A stretch of 64,000 nt of DNA from Patescibacteria group bacterium UBA926 (GTDB lineage Bacteria > Patescibacteriota > Doudnabacteria > UBA920). The stretch spans positions 180,909 to 244,908 of the forward strand of contig DBDS01000006.1 in assembly GCA_002293685.1 (NCBI GenBank), given 5' to 3'. Shown in pieces: positions 32,025 through 42,181 of the stretch (within the stretch, counting starts at the first letter, position 1; every line of letters starts with the position of its first letter). A model generated the notes under the pieces. It made no database searches. It saw nothing but the letters and a program-made list of their open reading frames with translations, and was not told the DNA's origin. A program made the translations under genes and the position numbers.

Positions 32025-32530
32025 AAATCTCCAATATTTACTGCGCCTGGACAGGTACTTAAACCATAATTAATCTCACCACCAGGCCTAAATTCATCAG
32101 CTATTTCCGTTTGTGTATAGACCTCAATAGGAAGTTTACAAATTTCCGAGCCTGCTCCTAAAAGATTCCCCAAAACCTGTTCAGCTTTAGCTCTAGATCC
32201 AGAATACGGCTGTGACAATAAAATAACCTCAATAAAATCACCCTGTATTACATATGAAATTGAAAATTCTGTTGCTGAGTGCAATACCATAACCTCTTCA
32301 TCTTGACGAATTATATTCTCGAAAATATTATTTATTCTAACTGGTCCAGATGAAGTATTCCATACGATTCCAGAATCACTTTGCTCCTTCACATCTGCAC
32401 CTTCAAAATTTGCAACCTGAAGTGACCCTACGGTGGAGGTACTTCTAAAAAACAAATAAACCAATATCAACACAACTGAAAGACTCAGAATTATCGCTCC
32501 TATTAGAATATATTTTTTTTCTATGATCAT
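32021..32530 (-). CDS. Hypothetical membrane-anchored protein
   Basis: N-terminal TM; start/stop overlaps with both neighbours; exact start uncertain. Confidence 0.6.
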   Translation of the reverse strand: MIIEKKYILIGAIILSLSVVLILVYLFFRSTSTVGSLQVANFEGADVKEQSDSGIVWNTSSGPVRINNIFENIIRQDEEVMVLHSATEFSISYVIQGDFIEVILLSQPYSGSRAKAEQVLGNLLGAGSEICKLPIEVYTQTEIADEFRPGGEINYGLSTCPGAVNIGDL

Positions 32531-33654
32531 GATGATGGACAAGCCTTAAATTCATTATACCAACGCGAGACAGTCACAACATAGTTACGAGTCTGCATGT
32601 AACCATTAATATTGGTTGAGCATACAGTCTTAGAACTATTAGTAAAAGGGCATTCCCACACTCTGAGACCCGAACAAATCGAACTCGGACCCTGGCTCTT
32701 TCTACCAGGTCCAGCATTGTATGCTGAGATAACGTATTTCGTGGAAGAATTCACAGCTGTATTTCGTAGTAGAGTCGCTAAATATTTTGTACCGCAATCA
32801 ATATTTTTCACCCCGTCAGTTTGCCAGCCAGATTGGCATCCAATTGACCTAGCTGTCTCCGTCTTAATCTGCATCAAACCATGACAACACCCAGTCCAGC
32901 TGGTAATTACTTCTCTCCAACCACTTTCTTTTTGAATTATGGCTTTAATCAAAGCCTGGTCCACACCATATCGTTGTGAAGCAGCGCTGATTGCTGCCTG
33001 ATATCTGGACTCTATTGCGCACTTCGCTCTAGTGCTTGCCAACTTGTCATCTCCTAAACTACAACTAACACCATTACCCTGAATCATTTGTCCAGAAGCT
33101 ACATTCACATTTCCTGTACTCACTTGCCCCGCACTTGGTCCAGTCGAAATAATACACCTTGCACTAAAGCCAATGGCTTCACAGCTCGGTAAATCCTGCG
33201 TGCTAAAAATCGGCGGTTGAATTGGTCGAATTTGAGTGAGCGTTGGGTTTATAAAGTTCAGCAACACAAAACTTCCAAGCAAGATTCCCATTCCAGTCAC
33301 AGCAGAAAGCAAAATATTTTTCGCCTTCCCCTTCCCCGCTTCCCCACTTGTAATATACAAATATCCTGCTAAAACTAAAAAGAAAATTAACGCGATAGCC
33401 CCGGCTGAGATTCCGAATCGATATAATCTACCGACACAATCTAGGAGATCTGTCCCCTGCCCTTTTGGGGTACACAAAAATGCTTCTATGCTTTCATCAA
33501 CACCGGAATATGTTGGCAAAGCAGTTGGTGCATCTGTTGGTTGCAATGGTCCGTGATTATCTGCCAACGCCATTGGCGCTAAAAAACCCGCTGCTATTGT
33601 GAGAAATACTGCAGTTAAGAATAAAGCACGGGCTTTTAGAATTATTGAGTACAT
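32527..33654 (-). CDS. Pilin-like membrane module fused to lytic transglycosylase (SLT)
   Basis: Same N-terminal module as 30283-31281; AIIQKESG, GLMQI, AYNAGPG, TRNYV. Confidence 0.82.
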   Translation of the reverse strand: MYSIILKARALFLTAVFLTIAAGFLAPMALADNHGPLQPTDAPTALPTYSGVDESIEAFLCTPKGQGTDLLDCVGRLYRFGISAGAIALIFFLVLAGYLYITSGEAGKGKAKNILLSAVTGMGILLGSFVLLNFINPTLTQIRPIQPPIFSTQDLPSCEAIGFSARCIISTGPSAGQVSTGNVNVASGQMIQGNGVSCSLGDDKLASTRAKCAIESRYQAAISAASQRYGVDQALIKAIIQKESGWREVITSWTGCCHGLMQIKTETARSIGCQSGWQTDGVKNIDCGTKYLATLLRNTAVNSSTKYVISAYNAGPGRKSQGPSSICSGLRVWECPFTNSSKTVCSTNINGYMQTRNYVVTVSRWYNEFKACPSS

Positions 33655-33721
33655 TTTGTTTTTGATTTCATTTGCAGAATTTCGGCACAGTATTTTGTTG
33701 GTCGAACGAGGAAGTGCTGCA

Positions 33722-35053
33722 TTACCTACTCAAGAAGTTCATCGGATTATATGTTACTCCAGATGGTACAGAATACGGTCCATAAACAGCCGAATGCTGA
33801 CCTGGGGTTACAGAATAACCGTTACAATCAAATACCGTGAAGTGAAGATGGTAACCACGTTCTGGTCCATAAAGCAAGCGAGTTGTGTTTCCGGTGTTAC
33901 CCTCGTAACCAACTAAGTCGCCACGCTTCACACTTTGACCACCGGCAACTTTGATGGTTCGCATATGAGCATACAACGTTATTACACATCTATCTGCTCC
34001 AGAACTAGATTTAATGTTATGACGAATCGTACACCAATTTCCGTAAGCCGCTTCACCTGTATCACACTTTGCCACAGTTCCATCTGCTGCTGCATAAATC
34101 GGTTTTCCCGCAGGGGCGGCTATATCGATACCGTTGTGGAAATTATAACCAAGCGCTCGAAAACCAGTGTTACCATAACCTTGCGTTAATACACCATCCA
34201 TTGGCCATCCCATCACACCTTTATTAACCGAAATTGTAGTATTACCAGCTTTTGCGCGAGCAGCTGCATCGAGCGAATCAATTTCTTCCATGATTTTATT
34301 TTGCTCATTACGGCTCGCAGACAATAACCGCTGATAATTTCCTTCGACTCCTTTAGTTTCCGCTAATAAGCGTTCTTTATTCTGACGCTCTGACTCTAAA
34401 CTTGTTTGAGTGATACTCAACTCTTCCTTAAGTGACTCTAATTTAGCAAGTGAAACTTTTAAGTCCTGTTGTTGAATAACTAACTTTTCCTTAATCTCCT
34501 TAATTCGAGACATTAATGTATAAACCTGATCATTAACACTGCGGACGTATTGAATTTGGTCTAAGAAACTTGAAAAGTCGTCCGTTCCCAAACTGATTTG
34601 AAGAAAAGTATTATTTTCTAACTTAGACATTTGAACAATCAGCTGCGCTAAAATTTTTCGGTTTTCATCGATTTCTTTTTCACGACGTTCAATCTGAATT
34701 TCTAACTCATTGATTTGAAGAGAGGTATCTTCACGCTGAGTATCATTTGCTTCAATTTGCAATTCCAATGAACGAATTTGATTATCATAAATCTTCATTT
34801 CGTTCTGCAAGCTGGCGGCTTGGTTTCGAGTCTGACTGATTTGAGTTTGATAAGAATTAATCTGGCTTTGAATCTGTTGCAATCTTAAATCTAAACGAGC
34901 GCGGTCGTTATTTTGAGCTTGAACAATGCTTGTAGATTGAGTATTGAAAAAATAAAAAACAGCTAGTCCTAAGACAGCTAAAAGACCCGCAAAAACAGCG
35001 GATATAATAACAATTCGTTTGATAATGTTTGTTTCAAATAAAGGTTTATCCAT
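33722..35053 (-). CDS. Coiled-coil M23 peptidase (EnvC/PcsB-like architecture)
   Basis: Long coiled coil; HNGIDI, YAHM, HLHF. Confidence 0.88.
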   Translation of the reverse strand: MDKPLFETNIIKRIVIISAVFAGLLAVLGLAVFYFFNTQSTSIVQAQNNDRARLDLRLQQIQSQINSYQTQISQTRNQAASLQNEMKIYDNQIRSLELQIEANDTQREDTSLQINELEIQIERREKEIDENRKILAQLIVQMSKLENNTFLQISLGTDDFSSFLDQIQYVRSVNDQVYTLMSRIKEIKEKLVIQQQDLKVSLAKLESLKEELSITQTSLESERQNKERLLAETKGVEGNYQRLLSASRNEQNKIMEEIDSLDAAARAKAGNTTISVNKGVMGWPMDGVLTQGYGNTGFRALGYNFHNGIDIAAPAGKPIYAAADGTVAKCDTGEAAYGNWCTIRHNIKSSSGADRCVITLYAHMRTIKVAGGQSVKRGDLVGYEGNTGNTTRLLYGPERGYHLHFTVFDCNGYSVTPGQHSAVYGPYSVPSGVTYNPMNFLSR

Positions 35054-35137
35054 CTACCTAATTATACCATAAAATTTCGCTATTTTTTGAGAAAAAAGCC
35101 CTCAAAAATATGAGGGCTTTTTCTTATATGAAATGTA

Positions 35138-35331
35138 ATTCTCGGACCGAGCGAAGTCCACCAAAATCTCGTTTAGATTTTGGGCGTACGGAGCGAGAAT
35201 GAGTTAAAAGTATCCCCAGAAGCCCGAAGGGCTATCCGGGGTCTAGATCCCGAGGCCCCACCAGGGATTACTTACAAACTATGCCGTCGTAGATCCCGGA
35301 CAATCCTCACTGCGTTCGGATTTCCAGGAAT
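35138..35331. repeat. Composite cluster of family A palindromes
   Basis: Several hairpins incl. gaagcccgaagggctatccggg and cactgcgttc seen in other copies. Confidence 0.7.
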
Positions 35332-35334
35332 TCT

Positions 35335-36849
35335 TTAGCTAAGCTTATCAATAGCGGTTTGAATTCGAGAAATAACATTGCTCAACCCCCCATTTTTGTA
35401 CAAAGCAGAGATAAGTTCAAACGGGCTTGGGCTTCTTTCCAAACCTGATAATGACACGCGAAGTGGCCAAAGCACAGAGCCTGTATCATACTGATTTTCA
35501 GCAATCCATGCTTTGAGTTTTTCTTCGACTATAGTTGTCTGAAAATCGGTTTCGGAGAGAGTGTTAAGAAATTCAATCACAGCTGAAAGCTTTTGTTTAG
35601 CATCTGCACTATCTGCTTTTTTCCAAACCAAGATTGATGCATCATACTCTGGTTGTGAAAAATAAAAACTGGCATGTTCAACAATTTGTGACAAAACTTT
35701 CAAACGCTCTTTTTCAATCTCAATTACTGCTAACAAAAACTCGTTAGGATAGTCGGCAATTTTTACTCCGCCTTGTTCTAAGAATGGTGATACAAGATTC
35801 AAAAGATTTTCATTGTCTAACTCACGCAAATACATCCCGTTCATCCAATTCAATTTTTCAATATCAAACACAGCGCCAGACTTGTTAACTTTTTCTAAAT
35901 CAAATTGTTGAATAAGCTCTTCTTTGGTAAATATTTCTTGCTCAGTTTTGGGATTCCAGCCAAGTAAAGCAACAAAGTTTAGTAGCGCTTCCGGTAAATA
36001 ACCTTTTGCCAAAAAATCTTCAACAGTCACATCACCCTGTCGTTTTGATAATTTAGTTTTATCAGGGTTTAAAATCAGTGGTAAATGTGCGAAGTTTGGT
36101 GCTTCCCATCCAAAAGCTTGAAACAACAAGATATGTTTTGGTGTTGAAGGTATCCATTCCTCTCCGCGAATGACATGAGAAATTTCCATAAAGTGATCAT
36201 CCACCACAACTGCCAAATGATAAGTTGGGAAACCATCACTTTTAAGAAGAACCTGGTCGTCAAGTAATTCATGATCGTAACTAATCTCGCCATAAACTAA
36301 ATCCTTCACAACTGTTTTACCTTCTTCAGGAATCACTTGGCGGACGACAGGTTGTTTTCCTACAGATTCAAATTCATTTAATTTTGCTTCGATGTCTTCA
36401 TCAGATAACTTTCGACAGAGCTTATCATACATAGGTGGCTTCTTTAGCGCAGTTTGTTCTGTGCGTAATTCGGCTAAACGTTCTGCACTACAGAAACAAT
36501 AATAAGCCTTTTTCTGTGCAATGAGTTCTTTGACTTGAGTGTGGTATAAATTTAATCTTTGTGATTGAATATACGGACCAAACTCCCCCGCTTGTGCAAC
36601 TTCTCCGTCTTTTAGAACAACGCCTTCATCGAATTCAATCCCAACTTTACTCATCACTGAAATCATATTTTCTATTGCTCCTTCGACTTTTCTAGATTGA
36701 TCCGTGTCTTCAACTCGAAGGACACTCACTCCCCCGTTATGCTTAGCAAATAAATATGAAAACAGCGCTGTGCGAATACTTCCAATATGCACCTCACCTG
36801 TGGGGCTAGGAGCAAAGCGTGTGCGGACTTGTTGTGATGGATTATTCAT
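35335..36849 (-). CDS. gltX: Glutamate--tRNA ligase
   Basis: RFAPSPTG.VHIG, HVIRGEEW, KLSKR. Confidence 0.96.
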   Translation of the reverse strand: MNNPSQQVRTRFAPSPTGEVHIGSIRTALFSYLFAKHNGGVSVLRVEDTDQSRKVEGAIENMISVMSKVGIEFDEGVVLKDGEVAQAGEFGPYIQSQRLNLYHTQVKELIAQKKAYYCFCSAERLAELRTEQTALKKPPMYDKLCRKLSDEDIEAKLNEFESVGKQPVVRQVIPEEGKTVVKDLVYGEISYDHELLDDQVLLKSDGFPTYHLAVVVDDHFMEISHVIRGEEWIPSTPKHILLFQAFGWEAPNFAHLPLILNPDKTKLSKRQGDVTVEDFLAKGYLPEALLNFVALLGWNPKTEQEIFTKEELIQQFDLEKVNKSGAVFDIEKLNWMNGMYLRELDNENLLNLVSPFLEQGGVKIADYPNEFLLAVIEIEKERLKVLSQIVEHASFYFSQPEYDASILVWKKADSADAKQKLSAVIEFLNTLSETDFQTTIVEEKLKAWIAENQYDTGSVLWPLRVSLSGLERSPSPFELISALYKNGGLSNVISRIQTAIDKLS

Positions 36850-36892
36850 AACTAAAATATACTATATTTATGCGGATTTTTCAAGGAATTTT

Positions 36893-37047
36893 TGTCATTC
36901 CTAAAAAGTATTCCTGGACGGCTGAAGTGTTTCAAGGTAAGCATTCCCGGAAGCCCAAAGGGCTATCCGGGATCTGTGGTTGAGACCCCGGCCTTCGTCG
37001 GGGATACTGTGCTTCGACCGGAATTCTTCTGTACGTTCAGGATAACA
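36893..37047. repeat. Composite cluster of family A palindromes
   Basis: tgtcattcct...gaagcccaaagggctatccgggatc...caggataaca. Confidence 0.7.
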
Positions 37048-37053
37048 AAGTGA

Positions 37054-38373
37054 CTATGCGGATTTTTTAAGGTATTCAGACAGCTCTTTTAAAACGTTTT
37101 CGGCGTGATGCTTACGTTCGGGTGCAATTCGCTGCAGCACATCTTTAACTGAAAGCCATTCATATTCTTCAAACTCACGACCATCTACTACTATCTCGGA
37201 ATTATCACCAAAGAATCTAAACAGTACGGTTTGTTGAGTTTGTCCATTGTAAGGTCGTTGATTAAAGACAACAGGTCGATTACCATGCAGCCATTCATAA
37301 GAATTTAAAAAGTTAGAAGTTAACAGTGGCTTTACGGAAGTGATTCCAGTTTCTTCTTCAAGTTCTCTTGCAGCTGCAGAAAGCAACTCTTCACCTTCGT
37401 CAATTCCGCCTTGAGGGAACTGCCAATAATTATCTAAGAATACTCGGCTTTGGCCATTCTTTGGTGGCGCGACAATTCGTTTAAACAACAAAATTTTATT
37501 ATCTTCATTCACTACAACAGCTACAGCGTTCGAACGAAACGGATACGATTTAAACACTTTGTAACGAATGAGTGAAACTATCAATCCGATTGTCGCTCGA
37601 TAAATTCGTGGGACCCGACGCGGCTGAGTGAATAATCGAAACAACCATTCGAGCCCAATCCTTCGTACAAACTTTGGCGGACGAAGCTTATTACCTGCTG
37701 CATAATCAAAAGTACCTCCAACACCCATAGCCATTTTCACAGGCAAATCTTTTAAGTGCTCTGCTATCCAACGCTCTTGTTTAATATTACCGTAGCCAAC
37801 AAATAGCATATCAGGCGAAACTTCTGCGATATCTACTTTAACACTCTGATCGTCAATTTTTTTATTTGAGACACCAGCAATTTTGAGTTTTGGATATTTT
37901 ATCTTTAGTAACTCGGCTGTTTTCTGAGCAGAATCACTCCAGTCATTTAATAGAAAGACTGAGAAGTTTTCTTTCTCGGCAAGTGCGCATAAATCAAAAA
38001 ACACCTCTGCTCCCACAATTTTTTCGGGGATATTTTGGTATAAGTAACTTGGAGTTAATAAAATTCGTGCGCCAGTTATAATCGCACCAAACCATGCTTC
38101 AACGATTTTTCCATAGTGAGATTTCGCTGCAAGAGGTTTGCTTAAAAAGCGTTCGGCCCAAAAAATTCCAATCCCATCAGCAATAGCAATATCCGCTTTG
38201 GCTAATAAGTCACGTACTTCCCCACTTCTCAAAGCGGCGTATAAAAATTCAGAGTAAGGTGTGGTGACAAAAGTTTGTTCATCACTAGAGACTCGTCGTT
38301 TTACCTCAGCCAAAAATTCCGCTTTGGAAATAGCGGAAATTTTGATCGGACCAATTGTAATTGGTTTATACAT
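37054..38373 (-). CDS. WecB/TagA/CpsF glycosyltransferase fused to Nudix hydrolase
   Basis: IADGIGI, KQERWI, GVGGTFD, GLEWLFRL; WQFPQGGIDEGE...AARELEEETG. Confidence 0.88.
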   Translation of the reverse strand: MYKPITIGPIKISAISKAEFLAEVKRRVSSDEQTFVTTPYSEFLYAALRSGEVRDLLAKADIAIADGIGIFWAERFLSKPLAAKSHYGKIVEAWFGAIITGARILLTPSYLYQNIPEKIVGAEVFFDLCALAEKENFSVFLLNDWSDSAQKTAELLKIKYPKLKIAGVSNKKIDDQSVKVDIAEVSPDMLFVGYGNIKQERWIAEHLKDLPVKMAMGVGGTFDYAAGNKLRPPKFVRRIGLEWLFRLFTQPRRVPRIYRATIGLIVSLIRYKVFKSYPFRSNAVAVVVNEDNKILLFKRIVAPPKNGQSRVFLDNYWQFPQGGIDEGEELLSAAARELEEETGITSVKPLLTSNFLNSYEWLHGNRPVVFNQRPYNGQTQQTVLFRFFGDNSEIVVDGREFEEYEWLSVKDVLQRIAPERKHHAENVLKELSEYLKKSA

Positions 38374-39220
38374 TTTTTTCTAAACACTCATTAAATGAAC
38401 TAACCTGATTATTATATGAATTGACCAGAGATTTTGTGGATTCAATTAGACTATTGAGTTCGTTGGCCAATTCATTATATTCCTGTACAGCTTCATTATA
38501 TGCCTGCCGCGATGAATATTGATTTCTATCAACTTGTTGCTTTTTAGTCTGTAATTCTGCTTCAAGTCGAGCTATCCTATCTCGATTTCCATCGATGCGA
38601 ATCTTTAGGTTAGGCTCTGGAGTTGGACAGTTGGATAACGGTGAACCGAATTCCTGAACAGCCATCCAAACTTCTTTGCCTTCAAACATCCCTTTACCAA
38701 CCGCAACGCCAATCTCATTAAATTTAATATCCAAAATATTTGCACGATGACCTGGGCTATCCATCCAAGCCTGAACTAATATTTCATCATTGCGATAATT
38801 ACCTAAAGCTAAGTTTTCACCCACTACCAAGAAATCATAACCCGCGGCTTTAATTACATCGGCTGGAGTCTTCCCATCTGGAGATTCATGTTCAAAATAC
38901 TGTTGACGAAACATATCATCTAATTTTGCCTTAGCAGCCAAATTCAATTTTTCATTTGTACGAAGTGGAACAAGACCATTTTGTTCGCGTTGCTTATTCG
39001 TCTCTACGACCACACCTTCTTGGGTTAAATCACTTAGAGCTGCCTCAAGCGGTCCAAGTAATGGACCTGGTAGTGATTCAGGCAAATTAACCTTGGATAA
39101 TAACCCTGCAAACTGATTATCACTTTTAATCCACTCAACAGCTCGTTGAGGCATGCCTTCCATTACAGCAACCAGCAAAAACCCCCCTAATAATATCCCT
39201 GCAAACAATTTATTCTTCAT
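38366..39220 (-). CDS. CAP (SCP) domain protein with C-terminal coiled coil
   Basis: YFEHESPDG, GENLA, WMDSPGHRANIL; ATG at 39220 preferred. Confidence 0.88.
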   Translation of the reverse strand: MKNKLFAGILLGGFLLVAVMEGMPQRAVEWIKSDNQFAGLLSKVNLPESLPGPLLGPLEAALSDLTQEGVVVETNKQREQNGLVPLRTNEKLNLAAKAKLDDMFRQQYFEHESPDGKTPADVIKAAGYDFLVVGENLALGNYRNDEILVQAWMDSPGHRANILDIKFNEIGVAVGKGMFEGKEVWMAVQEFGSPLSNCPTPEPNLKIRIDGNRDRIARLEAELQTKKQQVDRNQYSSRQAYNEAVQEYNELANELNSLIESTKSLVNSYNNQVSSFNECLEKNV

Positions 39221-39278
39221 AATCAACAGTATAGCAAAATATGTAGATTTTTCTAGTAATTTTCGATATAATGCCCTC

Positions 39279-39551
39279 ATGGATTCGCTCAAAAACCTCA
39301 CCGATAAGAAGCGTTTTCCGGCCAAACGAAACCCTAAGCTTCACTCTGCCAATCATGTACTGGCCGATGAACTCGCCGCAAAACTTAACGACCCGAAGCA
39401 TTTCGGTTTCTATTTACGAATGGCAGGTACTATTCCCCATCCTGTACTGCAAAGATTAGCTGGTCAAGTTTTAGAAAATCCGAAAGTGGATAACAAAGGG
39501 CGACTATTCGCTTACTTAATTAAAAAATATAACGAAGAGTCCAAAAAGTAA
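39279..39551 (+). CDS. Hypothetical protein
   Basis: ATG at 39279 after a TATAAT box; basic 90-aa product. Confidence 0.6.
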   Translation: MDSLKNLTDKKRFPAKRNPKLHSANHVLADELAAKLNDPKHFGFYLRMAGTIPHPVLQRLAGQVLENPKVDNKGRLFAYLIKKYNEESKK

Positions 39552-39647
39552 CCCCACTAATTACAAATCAAATTGATGTACGAAATCGAAATGTTTGATT
39601 TGTGAGTTTCTACTATTCGTTAAATTCGTAATTCGTAATAATTTCAA

Positions 39648-40142
39648 ATGATTTTACCAATCTCCAAACTCCCCGTAAAAGTTTTGCGCAAACCAGTTGT
39701 AAATGTGGAACTGCCTGCAGACAAAAAAATGCTCCGCTTAATCAAAGATATGATTGCTACATGTAAGGCTGCCGACGGTGTTGGGCTCGCTGCTCCGCAA
39801 ATCGGTCAGAATTTAAATCTGGCAATTATTTATTTAGAAGAAGCTGGATTACCAGCATTCCCCATCATCAATCCCGTGATAATTAAAACTTCCAAGGAGA
39901 CGACAGAAATGGAGGAAGGTTGTCTATCGACTCCTGGTCTTTTTGGTAAGGTGAAACGTCCAAAAAAAATCACTATTGAAGCGTATAACGTGGAAGGTGA
40001 AAAATTTACGATCACTGATGACACTTTTTTAGCGCGCGTTATTCAACATGAAATTGATCATTTAAAAAATACTCTCATCATTGATAAATTTGAAGAAATC
40101 ACTACTGGAAAAGAATTGCTTAAAAAATATCAGGACAAATAA
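39648..40142 (+). CDS. def: Peptide deformylase
   Basis: GVGLAAPQIG, EGCLS, QHEIDH. Confidence 0.96.
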   Translation: MILPISKLPVKVLRKPVVNVELPADKKMLRLIKDMIATCKAADGVGLAAPQIGQNLNLAIIYLEEAGLPAFPIINPVIIKTSKETTEMEEGCLSTPGLFGKVKRPKKITIEAYNVEGEKFTITDDTFLARVIQHEIDHLKNTLIIDKFEEITTGKELLKKYQDK

Positions 40143-40148
40143 TTCATT

Positions 40149-40676
40149 ATGAAGCTCATTAAAGATCTATTAGTTTTTCATATTGAAACAACAGGTCCCG
40201 ACCCAGAACGTGATCATATTATTCAAATTGCGGCTGTATTGCTCGACAAGGATAGTTTGCTTGAGAAAAATTTTCAAAATTCATTTGTGAAAGTTAGTTT
40301 CTTAGATGGCACGATTCAAAAACACTCAGAACAACTTGGAATAAGTTTTGATGAATTGAGACAGAGTCCAAAGATCACAGAAGCTATTAAGGATTTCATT
40401 AATACATTTGGTTTCGAGCCACTTCTTGCAACAAACTCCACAGCAAGTTTGTTATTCCTGCGTAATGCTTTCAAAAAAAGCCTACAACCATTTAAGTATG
40501 ATAAACACGTCCTCGATGTTTGGTCGCTCAGTTACATTTATGCCCTGCATATCGGTATCAAAAAAATTCCATCGCTTACCACTTTAGCGGATCACTTTAA
40601 TCTCCCAACAGCAAAAACTGGCCTAGATAAAGCTCGTCTAACTGCTCAAATTTTACGAAAAATCATTAATGGATAA
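40149..40676 (+). CDS. DEDD 3'-5' exonuclease-like protein, degenerate active site
   Basis: FHIETTG in place of DxETTG; no HxAxxD. Confidence 0.75.
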   Translation: MKLIKDLLVFHIETTGPDPERDHIIQIAAVLLDKDSLLEKNFQNSFVKVSFLDGTIQKHSEQLGISFDELRQSPKITEAIKDFINTFGFEPLLATNSTASLLFLRNAFKKSLQPFKYDKHVLDVWSLSYIYALHIGIKKIPSLTTLADHFNLPTAKTGLDKARLTAQILRKIING

Positions 40677-40678
40677 TT

Positions 40679-41242
40679 ATGTTTAATAAAGACTTGTTAA
40701 TAATCGACGTAGAAGCAACGGGTGTTGATTATCAGAAACACGAATTAATAGAGCTGGCAGCTGTATTAATCGACAAAAAGACACTAAAAGAAAAGAAGTT
40801 TTTTTCTTCATTTATTAAACCTAAACACTGGAGTCGCCGTGATCCTGAAGCAATGGCGGTAAATAATATCTCTCGAGAGGAACTAAAATCAGCCCCAGAA
40901 TTAAAATCTGTTCTAAAAAAGTTCGAAAAAACTTTCGGTACGAACGTGATTCTCTCCCCTTACGGAACGATCATGGATACAGCAATGCTTCGCTTGGCAT
41001 ACAAACAATGCAAAATGCCATATAGATTCGATTATCATGTGTTTGATATTTGGCCACTCTGCTATGTATACATGGCAAGAAAAAAGTTACTTACCAATCG
41101 TAAACGTTTTTCCGGATTCTCCTTAGATGACCTCGCGAAGCATCTCAAACTCAATGTCCCAACCAATCGCCACACTGCACTAGCAGACTGCAGATTGCAA
41201 GCTGATGTTTTGCGCAAATTAATGAAAAGTTTTAAAGTCTAA
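40679..41242 (+). CDS. DEDDh 3'-5' exonuclease (DnaQ-like)
   Basis: IDVEATG, HTALADC. Confidence 0.85.
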   Translation: MFNKDLLIIDVEATGVDYQKHELIELAAVLIDKKTLKEKKFFSSFIKPKHWSRRDPEAMAVNNISREELKSAPELKSVLKKFEKTFGTNVILSPYGTIMDTAMLRLAYKQCKMPYRFDYHVFDIWPLCYVYMARKKLLTNRKRFSGFSLDDLAKHLKLNVPTNRHTALADCRLQADVLRKLMKSFKV

Positions 41243-41258
41243 GAATTAAACTAAGTCT

Positions 41259-42176
41259 GTGAAAATAATATTTTTTGGAACTTCTGAAATTGGCAGACCA
41301 ATTTTACAAAAGCTAATTGAAAAGCACGAAGTGCTTGCAGTTATTACTTCTCCCGATAAACCTGTTGGTCGAAAACAAATTCTCACACCGAGCCCAATTG
41401 CAACTCTGGCAGAAGAAAACAATCTAACTACCATCAAGCCTGAGAAAGTGAAAAATAATTCTGAATTTATCGAAACCCTTAGGGATTTTGACGCAGATAT
41501 TTTTATTGTTGTCTCTTACGGAAAAATTTTGCCTCTTGAACTTCTATCAATTCCTCCTCTAAAAACTATCAATGTCCACTTTTCATTGCTTCCAAGATAT
41601 CGTGGACCAGCTCCGGTTCAGTTTGCGCTACTTAATGGCGAAACTAAAACTGGTTCAACAATTTTTATATTAGATGAATTAGTTGATCATGGTCCAATTT
41701 TAGGAACAGTGGAGCTAGATATTTTACCAGATGACACTAACCCTACTCTACAGCATAGACTTGCTGAATCCTCATCTGATTTACTTTTAGATATACTCCC
41801 AAAATATCAATCAGGTGTAATCACTCCACAAGAACAAAATCACGAACTCGCAACTCCCACAAAAATAATTTCTAAAGACGACGGTCGTATTGATTGGAAA
41901 GAAACGGCCAAGCAGATACATAATAAATGGCGAGCATATCAACCATGGCCTGGAATTTATACAGAATGGGATGGTAAACTGCTAAAAATTATTGAATGCG
42001 CAGTAAACGACGAGTCGACTACATTTCCAGTCGGCACAACCCAAGATGATCTGGTATCTTGTGGCGACAACACAACCCTTAAGCTAATTACTGTTCAGCT
42101 AGAAGGAAAAAACTCTTCCCCTATAAAAGATTTCCTTAACGGACATCCTAAATTTAAATCAACTCAACTAATATAA
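41259..42176 (+). CDS. fmt: Methionyl-tRNA formyltransferase
   Basis: PDKPVGRK, INVHFSLLPRYRG, DHGPI, PWPG. Confidence 0.95.
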   Translation: MKIIFFGTSEIGRPILQKLIEKHEVLAVITSPDKPVGRKQILTPSPIATLAEENNLTTIKPEKVKNNSEFIETLRDFDADIFIVVSYGKILPLELLSIPPLKTINVHFSLLPRYRGPAPVQFALLNGETKTGSTIFILDELVDHGPILGTVELDILPDDTNPTLQHRLAESSSDLLLDILPKYQSGVITPQEQNHELATPTKIISKDDGRIDWKETAKQIHNKWRAYQPWPGIYTEWDGKLLKIIECAVNDESTTFPVGTTQDDLVSCGDNTTLKLITVQLEGKNSSPIKDFLNGHPKFKSTQLI

Positions 42177-42181
42177 ACCTT

